Positions 24,048 through 32,000 of a stretch of 32,000 bases of DNA are shown one piece after another. The notes beneath the pieces are model-generated. The model saw nothing but the letters and a program-made list of their open reading frames with translations, searched no databases and was not told the DNA's origin. The stretch lies in contig NC_014825.1 of the NCBI RefSeq assembly GCF_000179635.2, positions 1-32,000 on the forward strand, written 5' to 3'. The position numbers and the translations under genes were made by a program. How positions within the stretch are numbered: position 1 is the stretch's first letter; every line of letters starts with the position of its first letter. The DNA comes from Ruminococcus albus 7 = DSM 20455. Its GTDB lineage: Bacteria > Bacillota > Clostridia > Oscillospirales > Ruminococcaceae.

Positions 24048-24329
24048 TCATTCAGAAATCTTCCCCGCTGACATAAGTAAACTGCATATCCGAAGGTGAT
24101 ATGCGCTGTACACCAATATCATCTTACTGATCTCCTGCTTGCTCGGAACACGATCAATTAATTCCACGATCTTCTGTTCATCGGCAGGTTTGGTAAGGCA
24201 CCTGAGTACATTCACATCATACTCTTTTATCGCATACTAAATATGTCCCGTAAGAAATACTATATGCACCTTGCGGATCAACCCTTTGAGAAGTTCACAG
24301 CCTGTTTTTTCAAATGTGATCTTATTCAT
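24048..24329 (-). pseudogene. 5'-truncated, stop-interrupted receiver (REC) domain remnant
   Basis: Hand translation of the - strand frame: 'MNKITFEKTGCELLKGLIRKVHIVFLTGHI*YAIKEYDVNVLRCLTKPADEQKIVELIDRV...'. This matches the alpha3-beta4-alpha4-beta5-alpha5 half of LytTR/YesN-type receivers ('IIFLTAH..YA..A.EVNA.DYLLKP'). In-frame TAG at 24237-24239. The phospho-acceptor half is missing. Absent from the ORF track because both pieces are under 60 aa. Confidence 0.55.
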
Positions 24330-24346
24330 ATCATATCTACTTTTAT

Positions 24347-24375
24347 ATTATATCACAATAAGCTTTAGGTTTCAA
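24347..24375 (-). promoter_or_regulatory. sigma-A type promoter directly upstream of the REC remnant
   Basis: On the - strand: TTGAAA (24370-24375), 17-nt spacer, TGaTATAAT (-10 at 24347-24352). Confidence 0.5.
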
Positions 24376-24455
24376 TATCTACAGTAAATTTTTAATAGAT
24401 TTTACGAATAATACAAAAAGCACATTCTTTGGTAAGTGATGAAATAAGCTTTCTA

Positions 24456-24484
24456 TTGACAACAATTATAAAATCTGCTATAAT
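24456..24484 (+). promoter_or_regulatory. sigma-A type promoter of the nucleotidyltransferase gene
   Basis: TTGACA (24456-24461), 17-nt spacer, TATAAT (24479-24484). Confidence 0.65.
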
Positions 24485-24530
24485 AGTTTTAATATATAAA
24501 TATATTTTTTATGTTAGGAGAATAATTAAA

Positions 24531-25439
24531 ATGAGCGCAACTCTTGTAATAATGGCAGCCGGATTAGGCTCCCGATTCAAAGGCGGCATCAAACAGCTTG
24601 AGCCATTCGGCCCTAACGGCGAGATAATCATGGATTACTCTATCTTTGATGCTGTACGCGCCGGTTTCGATAAAGTTGTATTCATCATCAGACGCGATAT
24701 ACGCGAAGCTTTTGATGAGATGATAGGAAACCGCATAGGTGCGCAGGTCAAGGTGGATTATGTTTATCAGGAACTTGACTGTCTTCCCGAGGGCTTCACC
24801 GTACCTGCTGACAGAGTAAAGCCCTGGGGTCACGGCCACGCGGTATGTTGCTGCAAGGGCATAGTTAATGAGCCCTTTGCCGTGATAAATGCTGACGATT
24901 TTTACGGCAGAGAAGCTTTTCAGAAACTGCACGACTACCTCACACAGGAGCAGACAGGTGACAAGCTGAACATGACAATGGTCGGCTTTGTGCTCAAAAA
25001 CACCCTGAGCGACAATGGCGCTGTTAACAGAGGTGTCTGCAAGGTCGATGAGAACAATATACTGATAGACGTTGAAGAAACTTACAATATACGCCGCGCA
25101 CCGGATGGCAGAGTCCTTTCGGGCAAGGAGGAGACCAAGGAACTCAGCGAGGACAGCTATGTTTCAATGAATATGTGGGGATGTCCCAAAGGCTTTATTG
25201 ATAAGCTGAACAAACGCTTTGAGGAATTCCTTGAAAAGAACAGCACCAGTCTGACCGCTGAATTCCTGCTTCCCGAGGGTATCGACCACATGATAAAACA
25301 CGGCGAAGCTGACTGCAAGCTTCTTGAGAGCCGCGACAAGTGGTTCGGTGTCACCTATGCCGAGGACAAGCCTACCGTAAAAGCAGCGATAGCCGAACTT
25401 ATCGCAGCAGGCGATTATCCTGAAAAGCTCTGGAAATAA
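24531..25439 (+). CDS. sugar-phosphate nucleotidyltransferase (NTP_transferase fold)
   Basis: Start moved to the ATG at 24531 ('MSATLVIMAAGLGSRFKGGIKQLEP', a G-x-G-x-R pyrophosphorylase loop) behind a TAGGAG RBS. The ORF-track N-terminal extension overlaps the promoter. Confidence 0.75.
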   Translation: MSATLVIMAAGLGSRFKGGIKQLEPFGPNGEIIMDYSIFDAVRAGFDKVVFIIRRDIREAFDEMIGNRIGAQVKVDYVYQELDCLPEGFTVPADRVKPWGHGHAVCCCKGIVNEPFAVINADDFYGREAFQKLHDYLTQEQTGDKLNMTMVGFVLKNTLSDNGAVNRGVCKVDENNILIDVEETYNIRRAPDGRVLSGKEETKELSEDSYVSMNMWGCPKGFIDKLNKRFEEFLEKNSTSLTAEFLLPEGIDHMIKHGEADCKLLESRDKWFGVTYAEDKPTVKAAIAELIAAGDYPEKLWK

Positions 25440-25464
25440 TCGGAAAATCACACATTATAAGAAT

Positions 25465-25496
25465 AAGCACTTGCCTTACGGTGAGTGCTTTTTTAT
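25465..25496 (+). terminator. intrinsic terminator of the nucleotidyltransferase gene
   Basis: AAGCACUUGCC-UUAC-GGUGAGUGCUU (with G-U pairs) followed by UUUUAUAU. Confidence 0.6.
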
Positions 25497-25531
25497 ATAA
25501 AAAACACTTCTGCGTAGTACAGCAGAAGTGT
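25491..25531 (-). terminator. intrinsic terminator of leuD
   Basis: The - strand forms ACACTTCTGC-(8-nt loop)-GCAGAAGTGT (10 bp) followed by TTTTTATAT. It shares the A/T tract with the convergent + strand terminator. Confidence 0.7.
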
Positions 25532-25561
25532 CAGGTATTTTTATATTATCCTGTGGAATGC

Positions 25562-26041
25562 TTATTTAAGAGAATTAAGCAGACCGTTGGAATTTATTAT
25601 CTTGATAAGGAACTCGGGGAATGACTGACCCTGATAGGTCTCACCCTTTGTCTTGTTGGTGATAACGCCGCTGTCGAAGTCTATCTCAACCTCATCGCCT
25701 GCCTCGATCTTCTCGGATGCTTCTTCGCACTCGATTATCGGCAGACCTATATTTATAGCGTTCCTGTAGAATATCCTTGCAAAGCTCTTGGCAATAACGC
25801 AAGAGATACCGCTAGCCTTGATGGAAGCAGGAGCGTGCTCTCTTGATGAGCCGCAGCCGAAATTCGCCTTAGCCACCATTATATCGCCTTTCTTTACATT
25901 CTTAGCAAAATCTATGTCGATATCCTCCATGCAGTGCTGAGCCAGCTCCTCCATGTTTGAAGTATTAAGATATCTTGCAGGGATTATAACGTCCGTATCA
26001 ACGTTATCCCCATACTTATGTACTTTTCCGCAAGCCTTCAT
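25562..26041 (-). CDS. leuD: 3-isopropylmalate dehydratase small subunit (short, type-2 LeuD)
   Basis: 159-aa ORF. '[14 protein letters not shown]' and '[12 protein letters not shown]' aconitase swivel-domain motifs. Confidence 0.8.
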   Translation of the reverse strand: MKACGKVHKYGDNVDTDVIIPARYLNTSNMEELAQHCMEDIDIDFAKNVKKGDIMVAKANFGCGSSREHAPASIKASGISCVIAKSFARIFYRNAINIGLPIIECEEASEKIEAGDEVEIDFDSGVITNKTKGETYQGQSFPEFLIKIINSNGLLNSLK

Positions 26042-26062
26042 TCTATGAAAACTCCTTTCAAC

Positions 26063-26449
26063 TTACTCGATATATCGGTCGGAATTAAAAACATTCTCGC
26101 CTGCTGCCTGCTTACGCAGTTCTTCATACACCTGTTCAAGGTACTGTGAATCCATCCTGTCCTTGGTACGGGTGATAAAATAGCAGACCTTTGCCTTTCC
26201 GAAAAATCCTTCTTTTACAAGACGGAAGCAGGATACACCATTTATCGAATCGGTATAAAAATTGTTGAAGCCCTTTTTATCAATTATAGCCTGCGTCTGC
26301 TCGATCGTGAAAACATTACCGGCTTTAAGCCCTTCAATAAAATCCATGATCTTCTCCTTGCGCTGAGCGTCAGTGAAAGAAGAACCGTATTTCTGTGTTA
26401 TGATACCGGATACGGTATCATAAAAAATATCTACCAAATAGTTAGTCAT
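26063..26449 (-). CDS. hypothetical protein between leuC and leuD
   Basis: Start moved to the ATG at 26449 ('MTNYLVDIFYD...'), 7-8 nt after AGGAGG. 128 aa, soluble, no motif recognised. Gaps of 49 nt to the leuC stop and 21 nt to the leuD start. Confidence 0.55.
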   Translation of the reverse strand: MTNYLVDIFYDTVSGIITQKYGSSFTDAQRKEKIMDFIEGLKAGNVFTIEQTQAIIDKKGFNNFYTDSINGVSCFRLVKEGFFGKAKVCYFITRTKDRMDSQYLEQVYEELRKQAAGENVFNSDRYIE

Positions 26450-26498
26450 ATACCCGCCTCCTATCTGTTGAATCAAATTACACGAATCTAAATCCTTA

Positions 26499-27761
26499 TC
26501 ACATAACGTCAGAGGGCTGTGCTATACGTCCTGCAACTGCTGAAGCTGCAGCAACATAAGGTGAAGCCAGATAAACCTGTGACTCGGTGTGACCCATTCT
26601 GCCGACGAAATTTCTGTTAGTTGTGGCAACTGCCTTTTCACCTGCTGCAAGTATGCCCATATGTCCGCCGAGACAGGGACCGCAGGTAGGTGCGGATACC
26701 GCACAGCCTGATTCGATGAATATCTCAAGAAGACCTTCCTTCATTGCAGTGAGATAGATGTGCTGTGTTGCAGGTATAACGATACATCTTACATGATCGG
26801 CTACCCTCTTGCCCTTGAGTATCTCAGCTGCAGCTCTCAGATCCTCGATCCTGCCGTTTGTACATGAACCGATGACCACCTGATCTATCTTGATATCGGG
26901 AATGTCATCAAATGTTCTTGCATTTTCGGGAAGATGAGGGAAAGCAACAGTTGGCTTGATCTGTGAAAGATCAATTGTATACTCCTCGTCATACTCCGCA
27001 TCGGGATCAGCTTCGTATACCTTATACTCTCTGTCAGTTCTGCCCTTGAGGTATTCCTTGGTTACCTCATCAACAGCAAATATGCCGTTCTTGGCACCTG
27101 CTTCGATAGCCATATTAGCCATACAGAGTCTGTCCTCCATAGTCAGGTTCTTCAGACCCTCACCCATGAATTCCATAGAGCGGTAAAGTGCACCGTCAAC
27201 ACCGATCATACCGATGATATGCAGTATAACATCCTTGGCAGCACTGTACTTGGGCAGCTTGCCTACGATATTGAACTTGATGGCAGAAGGAACCTTGAAC
27301 CAGGTCTTGCCTGCAGCCATGCCCGCGCACATATCAGTAGAACCAACACCGGTAGAAAAAGCACCAAGTGCACCGTATGTACAGGTATGTGAGTCAGCAC
27401 CGATAACTGCATCGCCGGGAACTACAAGTCCTTTTTCAGGAAGCAGTGCGTGCTCGATACCTACATCTCCCACATCGTAATAATGAGTGATATCATACTT
27501 CGACGCGAACTCACGGCACTGCTTGCACTGCTGTGCTGCCTTGATGTCCTTGTTCGGCGTGAAGTGATCCATCACCATAGTGATCTTATCCTTATTGAAG
27601 ATACCGTCAAAACCTGCCTTGTTGAACTCGTTGATAGCAACAGGTGTTGTAACATCGTTGCCAAGCACAAGATCGAGGTCAGCCATAATAAGCTGTCCTG
27701 CCTTGACCTCGTCGAGCCCTGCATGGGCAGCGAGTATCTTCTGTGTCATTGTCATTGCCAT
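26499..27761 (-). CDS. leuC: 3-isopropylmalate dehydratase large subunit (type-2 LeuC)
   Basis: 420-aa ORF. Aconitase-family Fe-S ligand regions '[11 protein letters not shown]', '[12 protein letters not shown]' and '[10 protein letters not shown]'. Confidence 0.85.
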   Translation of the reverse strand: MAMTMTQKILAAHAGLDEVKAGQLIMADLDLVLGNDVTTPVAINEFNKAGFDGIFNKDKITMVMDHFTPNKDIKAAQQCKQCREFASKYDITHYYDVGDVGIEHALLPEKGLVVPGDAVIGADSHTCTYGALGAFSTGVGSTDMCAGMAAGKTWFKVPSAIKFNIVGKLPKYSAAKDVILHIIGMIGVDGALYRSMEFMGEGLKNLTMEDRLCMANMAIEAGAKNGIFAVDEVTKEYLKGRTDREYKVYEADPDAEYDEEYTIDLSQIKPTVAFPHLPENARTFDDIPDIKIDQVVIGSCTNGRIEDLRAAAEILKGKRVADHVRCIVIPATQHIYLTAMKEGLLEIFIESGCAVSAPTCGPCLGGHMGILAAGEKAVATTNRNFVGRMGHTESQVYLASPYVAAASAVAGRIAQPSDVM

Positions 27762-27805
27762 GATAGTGATCTACTCCTTACAAATACAATATTCTATACA
27801 TTTAT

Positions 27806-27834
27806 ATTATAACTTATTTTTTTATAAATGTAAA
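27806..27834 (-). promoter_or_regulatory. sigma-A type promoter of the leuC operon
   Basis: On the - strand: TTTACA (27829-27834), 17-nt spacer, TATAAT (27806-27811). The leader is only about 40 nt. Confidence 0.55.
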
Positions 27835-28023
27835 GTCATTAGTGCAGAAAATATAAATAAATTTTTTGAGTGTTTTTGTCAAATTAGTCAATTTTCAACA
27901 AATTCAGCTTAATTAATCTGTCATGTTCATGCAACATATAAAATTTTAACAAGTTAATTTTTCCAAGTATCAAAACAATACTTCTGTGGATACTATTAAT
28001 AAACTTCTGAAAGGAGAGATGAT

Positions 28024-28197
28024 ATGATAGGAAGATCACTTATGACAGGTATATCAGCAGGAGTTACTGCAGGCGCACTGGCATTTGAGATATCACGAAA
28101 GGCTCAGCGCAGCAAAAGAAAGTTCAAAGCACGCGCCGGTAAAGCACTCAAAAATATGAGCAGCTTTATAGATGACCTTTCTGATATCATGAGATGA
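28024..28197 (+). CDS. small (57-aa) membrane-associated protein, not in the ORF track
   Basis: AAAGGAGAG RBS 5 nt upstream of the ATG. Hand translation: 'MIGRSLMTGISAGVTAGALAFEISRKAQRSKRKFKARAGKALKNMSSFIDDLSDIMR'. Hydrophobic N-terminus, basic middle, acidic tail. Followed directly by a terminator. Confidence 0.5.
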   Translation: MIGRSLMTGISAGVTAGALAFEISRKAQRSKRKFKARAGKALKNMSSFIDDLSDIMR

Positions 28198-28205
28198 CAA
28201 GCCGG

Positions 28206-28240
28206 CTGCCGACCTATAAGGTTCGGCAGTTTTCGTTTTT
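28206..28240 (+). terminator. intrinsic terminator after the small ORF
   Basis: CTGCCGACC-TATAA-GGTTCGGCAG (one bulge) followed by TTTTCGTTTTT. Confidence 0.7.
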
Positions 28241-28349
28241 GTACATATTATTGGACAGATTTTCGACCCCTTTCAAAAATACACAGATTGACTTGTAAAT
28301 AAAGCTTAAAATTTGTTAAAGATTTTTTCTTAGAATCCTAGGGCGATAC

Positions 28350-28379
28350 TAGACAAATGAACTGTGTTTGTGGTATAAT
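28350..28379 (+). promoter_or_regulatory. sigma-A type promoter of the L,D-transpeptidase gene
   Basis: TAGACA (28350-28355), 18-nt spacer, TGgTATAAT (-10 at 28374-28379). Confidence 0.5.
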
Positions 28380-28439
28380 ATCTTATGTTAAAAACAGAAT
28401 AATGTCACATTATGATATGTAAAGGAAGGAAATTATAAA

Positions 28440-29945
28440 ATGAGCGCAGATGCTGCAGGATACCGCAAAAAAGTCTCCTCTGCCGGGAGTAAAAAACGCG
28501 GCAGAAAAAAAGTAAAAAACCAATCTGTACTGATTTGCGGAACAGCCTTAGCTGCACTTATCGCAGCTGTCGGTCTGTCCTATGTTGCAGGCAGAGTATA
28601 TTACGGAAACAGGTTCCTTGCTGATACTTACATCAATGGTATAGATGTAAGCGGAAAGACCTATGACGATGCTGTAAAGGCACTTAAAGCAGATAAGATC
28701 CCCGAGGAGCTGAAGATCACTACTATCGACAAAAAAAACATAGTACTCTCCCCTGCTGATTTCGGTTACAAGCGTAATGCAAAAGATGAGATAAAAAAGC
28801 TTTACGACAAAGTAAACCACGGCACATGGTTCTCGGGATACGCAGGAAGAACGGATTACACTTTTACAGATGAATCTACCTACGATAACGATAAGCTGAA
28901 AGCTCTGCTTGACAAGCAGGACTGGGGCAGTGAAGAGACCAAGGATGCTTCACTTGAACTGACCGATAATGGCTACGAGATAAAGAAAGAAGTTCAAGGC
29001 AATAAGGTCACAAATATGGACAAACTGGATGAAGCTGTTGTTGATGCCCTCACCAAAGGTGAATTTGAGGTCAAGCTGAGCAGTGGTACAGGCTGTTATG
29101 ATGTGCCCCAGATAACTTCTGATACTTTCAAAGACCAGTGTGAGGCGCTTAACAAAGTATTCAATATGTCCATAACATACGATTTTGATTATACCACTGA
29201 AACTATCACAGGCAAGACCCTACTCTCACTTATTGATATGGATGATATGGGCAACTACGTTGTAAACAGAGATGCTGTTGAGAAGTATGTTGAAGGTCTA
29301 GCCAAGAAATATGATACCCGATATGCAACCAGGACCTTCAAATCGACACTTCAGGGCAAGGTCAAGGTCGAGCCGAGCGAGGACGGTGTTTACGGCTGGT
29401 GGATCTGGCAGGATCCTACCGTTGAACAGCTGGAGCATCTGCTGGAAGAAGGCAAGAGCGTAGAATCCATAGATCCGATCTACGTCAACGATGGTTATTT
29501 CGAGTACACAGGTGTTGAATCTGCAAGAACTGCCAAGGACGATATCGGTAAAACATACATCGAAGTTGACCTCACCAATCAGCAGATGTGGTATTACAAA
29601 AACGGCAAGAAAAAATACACCTGCTATATCGTATCAGGTCAGACGACCTCAGCTGCAAGAACTACTCTTGAAGGCGTATACAAGCTTTGGTCAAAAGAGA
29701 CCAACAAGCGCATGAAAGACAGAAACGCTGACGGAGAAGAATGGGATACCACCTGCAATTACTGGAACAACGTTTCACTCTGCGGTATCGGTATGCACGA
29801 TTCCACATGGCGCGGCGGCAATTTCGGCGGCACGATCTATCAGTGGAACGGTTCTCACGGCTGTATTAATATGCCTTATGAGGGCGCACAATACATCTAC
29901 GAAAATGTACCCCTCGGTACACCTGTAGTAATGTTCTACAATTGA
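28440..29945 (+). CDS. membrane-anchored L,D-transpeptidase (YkuD domain) with N-terminal PG-binding/VanW-like repeats
   Basis: 501-aa ORF. TM 'VLICGTALAALIAAVGLSYV'. C-terminal YkuD catalytic motif 'HDSTWR...GSHGCINMP'. Confidence 0.8.
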   Translation: MSADAAGYRKKVSSAGSKKRGRKKVKNQSVLICGTALAALIAAVGLSYVAGRVYYGNRFLADTYINGIDVSGKTYDDAVKALKADKIPEELKITTIDKKNIVLSPADFGYKRNAKDEIKKLYDKVNHGTWFSGYAGRTDYTFTDESTYDNDKLKALLDKQDWGSEETKDASLELTDNGYEIKKEVQGNKVTNMDKLDEAVVDALTKGEFEVKLSSGTGCYDVPQITSDTFKDQCEALNKVFNMSITYDFDYTTETITGKTLLSLIDMDDMGNYVVNRDAVEKYVEGLAKKYDTRYATRTFKSTLQGKVKVEPSEDGVYGWWIWQDPTVEQLEHLLEEGKSVESIDPIYVNDGYFEYTGVESARTAKDDIGKTYIEVDLTNQQMWYYKNGKKKYTCYIVSGQTTSAARTTLEGVYKLWSKETNKRMKDRNADGEEWDTTCNYWNNVSLCGIGMHDSTWRGGNFGGTIYQWNGSHGCINMPYEGAQYIYENVPLGTPVVMFYN

Positions 29946-29954
29946 TAATAACAC

Positions 29955-29985
29955 AGCGGACAGTCACAAGACTGTCCGCTTTTTT
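29955..29985 (+). terminator. intrinsic terminator of the L,D-transpeptidase gene
   Basis: AGCGGACAGTC-ACAA-GACTGTCCGCT (11 bp) followed by TTTTT. Confidence 0.8.
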
Positions 29986-30006
29986 GCACCATAAATATCA
30001 CGCAAT

Positions 30007-30033
30007 AAAAAAGTCGGGGAGTTCATCCCCGAC
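30007..30033 (-). terminator. intrinsic terminator of the coiled-coil protein gene
   Basis: The - strand reads GTCGGGGA-TGAAC-TCCCCGAC followed by TTTTTT. Confidence 0.75.
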
Positions 30034-30042
30034 CATTGTAAA

Positions 30043-30636
30043 TCACTGTTCACTCAGCCTCAGTATAGCCTCTCTCATGCGGTTAACATCTTCAAGGCTC
30101 TTGGTAAGTCTGTTAACATCAGCCTGAAGAGTCTCAGATGCATCACCAAGTGTAGCGTTGATATTCGCAACCATAGCATCCATGATGCTCTGCTTTCTGT
30201 TATTGGCATCGGCAATAATATTCTCTGCCTCTGCACGCGCACGGCTAACGATATCCTCAGCATCCTGATTAGCTCTGTCTACCTGCTCCTTGACATACTG
30301 CTCAGCTCTTGCTATTATAGCTTCCTGAGAAACCAGCTTGTCAGCCTCGGCTTTAGCATCCTTCATTACTGCTTCTTTCTCGGATAATGCAGAATTTCTG
30401 ATCTCATCAGCTTCCTTCTTGGCAGCTTCAAGTATGACCTTTCTCTGCACCTCCAGCTCCTGAGCTCTCTTTATCTCAGGCGGTATGCTCATTCTTACCT
30501 CATCGACCAGCTCATGTATGCGGTCGCCGTCAATCATCTTCTTATTTGAAAAAGGAACCGTAGCGCCGTTATCAATAGTTTCATCTATTCTTTCCAGCAG
30601 GTCGTTCATGGGGGTATAATCCTTGTTTTCGCTCAT
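30043..30636 (-). CDS. coiled-coil protein of unknown function (A/E/K/D-rich, ATP-synthase-b/H-like composition)
   Basis: Start at the ATG at 30636 ('MSENKDY'), 8 nt after AGGAAG. The ORF-track start at 30654 lacks an RBS. Long heptad-like helix 'AKKEADEIRNSALSEKEAVMKDAKAEADKLV...'. Confidence 0.6.
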   Translation of the reverse strand: MSENKDYTPMNDLLERIDETIDNGATVPFSNKKMIDGDRIHELVDEVRMSIPPEIKRAQELEVQRKVILEAAKKEADEIRNSALSEKEAVMKDAKAEADKLVSQEAIIARAEQYVKEQVDRANQDAEDIVSRARAEAENIIADANNRKQSIMDAMVANINATLGDASETLQADVNRLTKSLEDVNRMREAILRLSEQ

Positions 30637-30724
30637 AATAATACTTCCTTTCATATTTATATCTGCAGACTTTTCAAATTATTGACGCTATATATCTCAC
30701 GCCGTATATTAAGCCTTGATCAGC

Positions 30725-31240
30725 TCACACAGCGTTGTCTGCCTGTTGCGCGTCAGTGTTTGGACAAAGCCTGTTTTTTATCTTTTCCAGTATCGCGGGT
30801 GAAACAAAGCCCGAAATATCACCGCCAAAGCTTGCTATCTCCTTTACAACGCTCGAAGAAAGGAACATATTCTCACCTGCAGTGGTAAGAAAAACAGTTT
30901 CAGCATCATTATAGAGTTTTTTGTTGGCAAGCGCCATCTGAAATTCATACTCAAAATCAGACACAGCCCTCAAGCCCTTGACAATGACCTCTGCTCCTGT
31001 CATTTTAAGATAATCAGCCAGCAGACCATCAAAGCAGTCAACGACTACATTATCAAGATCCTTTGTAACTGCGATTATCATTTCTATCCTCTCTTTGGTG
31101 GAGAAAACAGCTTTGTTTTTGTTTTTATTGAAGCTGACCAGCACTATGACCTTGTCAAACAGCTTGGAAGCACGCTCGATTATATCGAGATGTCCGAGTG
31201 TTACAGGATCAAAGCTGCCGGGACAAACAGCGATCTTCAT
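30725..31240 (-). CDS. coaD: phosphopantetheine adenylyltransferase
   Basis: 171-aa ORF. 'MKIAVCPGSFDPVTLGHLDIIERA' (HxGH nucleotidyltransferase motif) and 'ISSSVVKEI'. Confidence 0.9.
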   Translation of the reverse strand: MKIAVCPGSFDPVTLGHLDIIERASKLFDKVIVLVSFNKNKNKAVFSTKERIEMIIAVTKDLDNVVVDCFDGLLADYLKMTGAEVIVKGLRAVSDFEYEFQMALANKKLYNDAETVFLTTAGENMFLSSSVVKEIASFGGDISGFVSPAILEKIKNRLCPNTDAQQADNAV

Positions 31241-31243
31241 ATC

Positions 31244-31792
31244 TTATTCTTCCTCTGTTGGTATTTTAAATATAGTAACAGCTATCTTACCGTATTTATA
31301 ACGCTTATGCATCTTCAGCCTGCCGTACTCATCACCAAGCTGAAGCTCTTTTTCATGCTCACAGACTACTATGGCTCTGTCGCTGAGGTGTGAATCAATA
31401 CTGCCGAGTACCTTCTCAATGATACCCTTTCCATAAGGGGGATCAAGAAGAACGATATCGAACTGACCCTTAGCTACCTTGATGTAATCAAGGCTGTCCA
31501 TATTCAGCACACGGGATTCGGTATTGAACTTGCAGTCTGAGATATTTTCCTTTATCACCTGCACAGCAGCAGGATTATTGTCAACAAAAACACAGTGCGA
31601 TGCCTCACGGCTCAGGGCTTCTATACCCATCTGTCCGCTGCCTGCAAAAAGATCAAGCACCTGCGAACCCGGAACATCAAACTGTATGGCAGAAAAAACT
31701 GCCTCTTTGACCATATCAGTAGTCGGTCTTGTATCAAGGGTATCCAGCGTTTTAAGCTTTTTACCTCTTCTTGAACCAGTGATAACTCTCAT
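31244..31792 (-). CDS. rsmD: 16S rRNA (guanine966-N2)-methyltransferase RsmD
   Basis: 182-aa ORF. 'RPTTDMVKEAVFS', SAM-binding 'VLDLFAGSGQMGIEALSR' and catalytic 'DPPY'. Conserved rsmD-coaD gene pair with a 3-nt gap. Confidence 0.85.
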   Translation of the reverse strand: MRVITGSRRGKKLKTLDTLDTRPTTDMVKEAVFSAIQFDVPGSQVLDLFAGSGQMGIEALSREASHCVFVDNNPAAVQVIKENISDCKFNTESRVLNMDSLDYIKVAKGQFDIVLLDPPYGKGIIEKVLGSIDSHLSDRAIVVCEHEKELQLGDEYGRLKMHKRYKYGKIAVTIFKIPTEEE

Positions 31793-31820
31793 AAAAACTC
31801 TCCTAAACTCTAATATACCT

Positions 31821-31849
31821 ATTATACAATATTTCTCGTCTTTTGTCCA
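31821..31849 (-). promoter_or_regulatory. sigma-A type promoter of rsmD-coaD
   Basis: On the - strand: TGGACA (31844-31849), 17-nt spacer, TATAAT (31821-31826). Confidence 0.5.
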
Positions 31850-31913
31850 GTATATTTTTAAGTTTTTTTATAATTTTCACAAACTGCATTTTACATCTTT
31901 TCTTATATACCCG

Positions 31914-31945
31914 CAAAAAGACACTCCTGACGAACAGAAGTGTCT
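31914..31945 (-). terminator. intrinsic terminator of an upstream - strand gene lying beyond the window
   Basis: The - strand reads AGACACTTCTG-TTCGT-CAGGAGTGTCT (11 bp, one G-U) followed by TTTTTG. Confidence 0.65.
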
Positions 31946-32000
31946 GAAATCAGCATTTTATATGGAAAATGAGGTACTTCATCTTGTACAAAATATTATA

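Noticed and set aside
1-32000. CRISPR arrays, IS elements/transposases, integrases, prophage genes, tRNA/rRNA genes and obvious toxin-antitoxin or restriction-modification/defence cassettes.
   Set aside because: By eye I found none of the following:
- regularly spaced direct repeats
- DDE or tyrosine/serine recombinase-like ORFs
- tRNA-like T-arm (GGTTCGAATCC-type) sequence
- rRNA-like segment
- defence-gene hallmark

The window is dominated by housekeeping operons with their own promoters and terminators.

Overview
This is a chromosomal, mostly housekeeping segment from a low-GC Firmicute of the Clostridia. The type-I dockerin module and the gene content suggest a cellulosome-bearing Ruminococcus-like organism, but that is inference. 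I support about 32 protein-coding genes.

Gene order, left to right:
- gltX, a small membrane ORF and metG (+)
- a yhfC-like protease / ArsR(SdpR-like) / SdpI-like operon (-), divergent from a ZIP metal transporter (+)
- a membrane-anchored GH3 hexosaminidase (-) and bioY (-)
- an M-box-controlled mgtE followed by a degenerate, tail-anchored Ser/Thr-kinase-like gene (-)
- an ECF-type sigma factor with an overlapping membrane anti-sigma candidate (+), a GNAT (+) and a secreted dockerin protein (+)
- a trkH-trkA-lipoprotein operon (-)
- a permease plus cytidylate-kinase-like operon behind a long leader (-)
- a CheY-like REC gene plus a REC-HD-GYP-HPt gene (-), preceded by a decayed receiver-domain fragment
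- a sugar-phosphate nucleotidyltransferase (+)
- leuC-ORF-leuD (-), an untracked 57-codon membrane ORF (+) and an L,D-transpeptidase (+)
- rsmD-coaD and a coiled-coil protein (-)

I found no rRNA, tRNA, CRISPR array, transposase, integrase or phage genes. Many near-consensus sigma-A promoters (17-nt spacers) and stem-loop/U-tract terminators are readable directly.

No clear-cut novel multi-gene system, such as a defence island, is visible. The candidates most worth follow-up are:
- the protease/SdpR/SdpI module, with paired palindromic operators bracketing its promoter
- the M-box-mgtE-pseudokinase operon
- the sigma/anti-sigma pair with an unassigned extracytoplasmic domain, next to a dockerin protein
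- the ~340-nt unassigned structured leader of the permease operon
- the kinase-less REC / REC-HD-GYP-HPt pair
- the unknown ORF wedged between leuC and leuD

All coordinates, spacers and motif matches were counted by hand. No database search was run.
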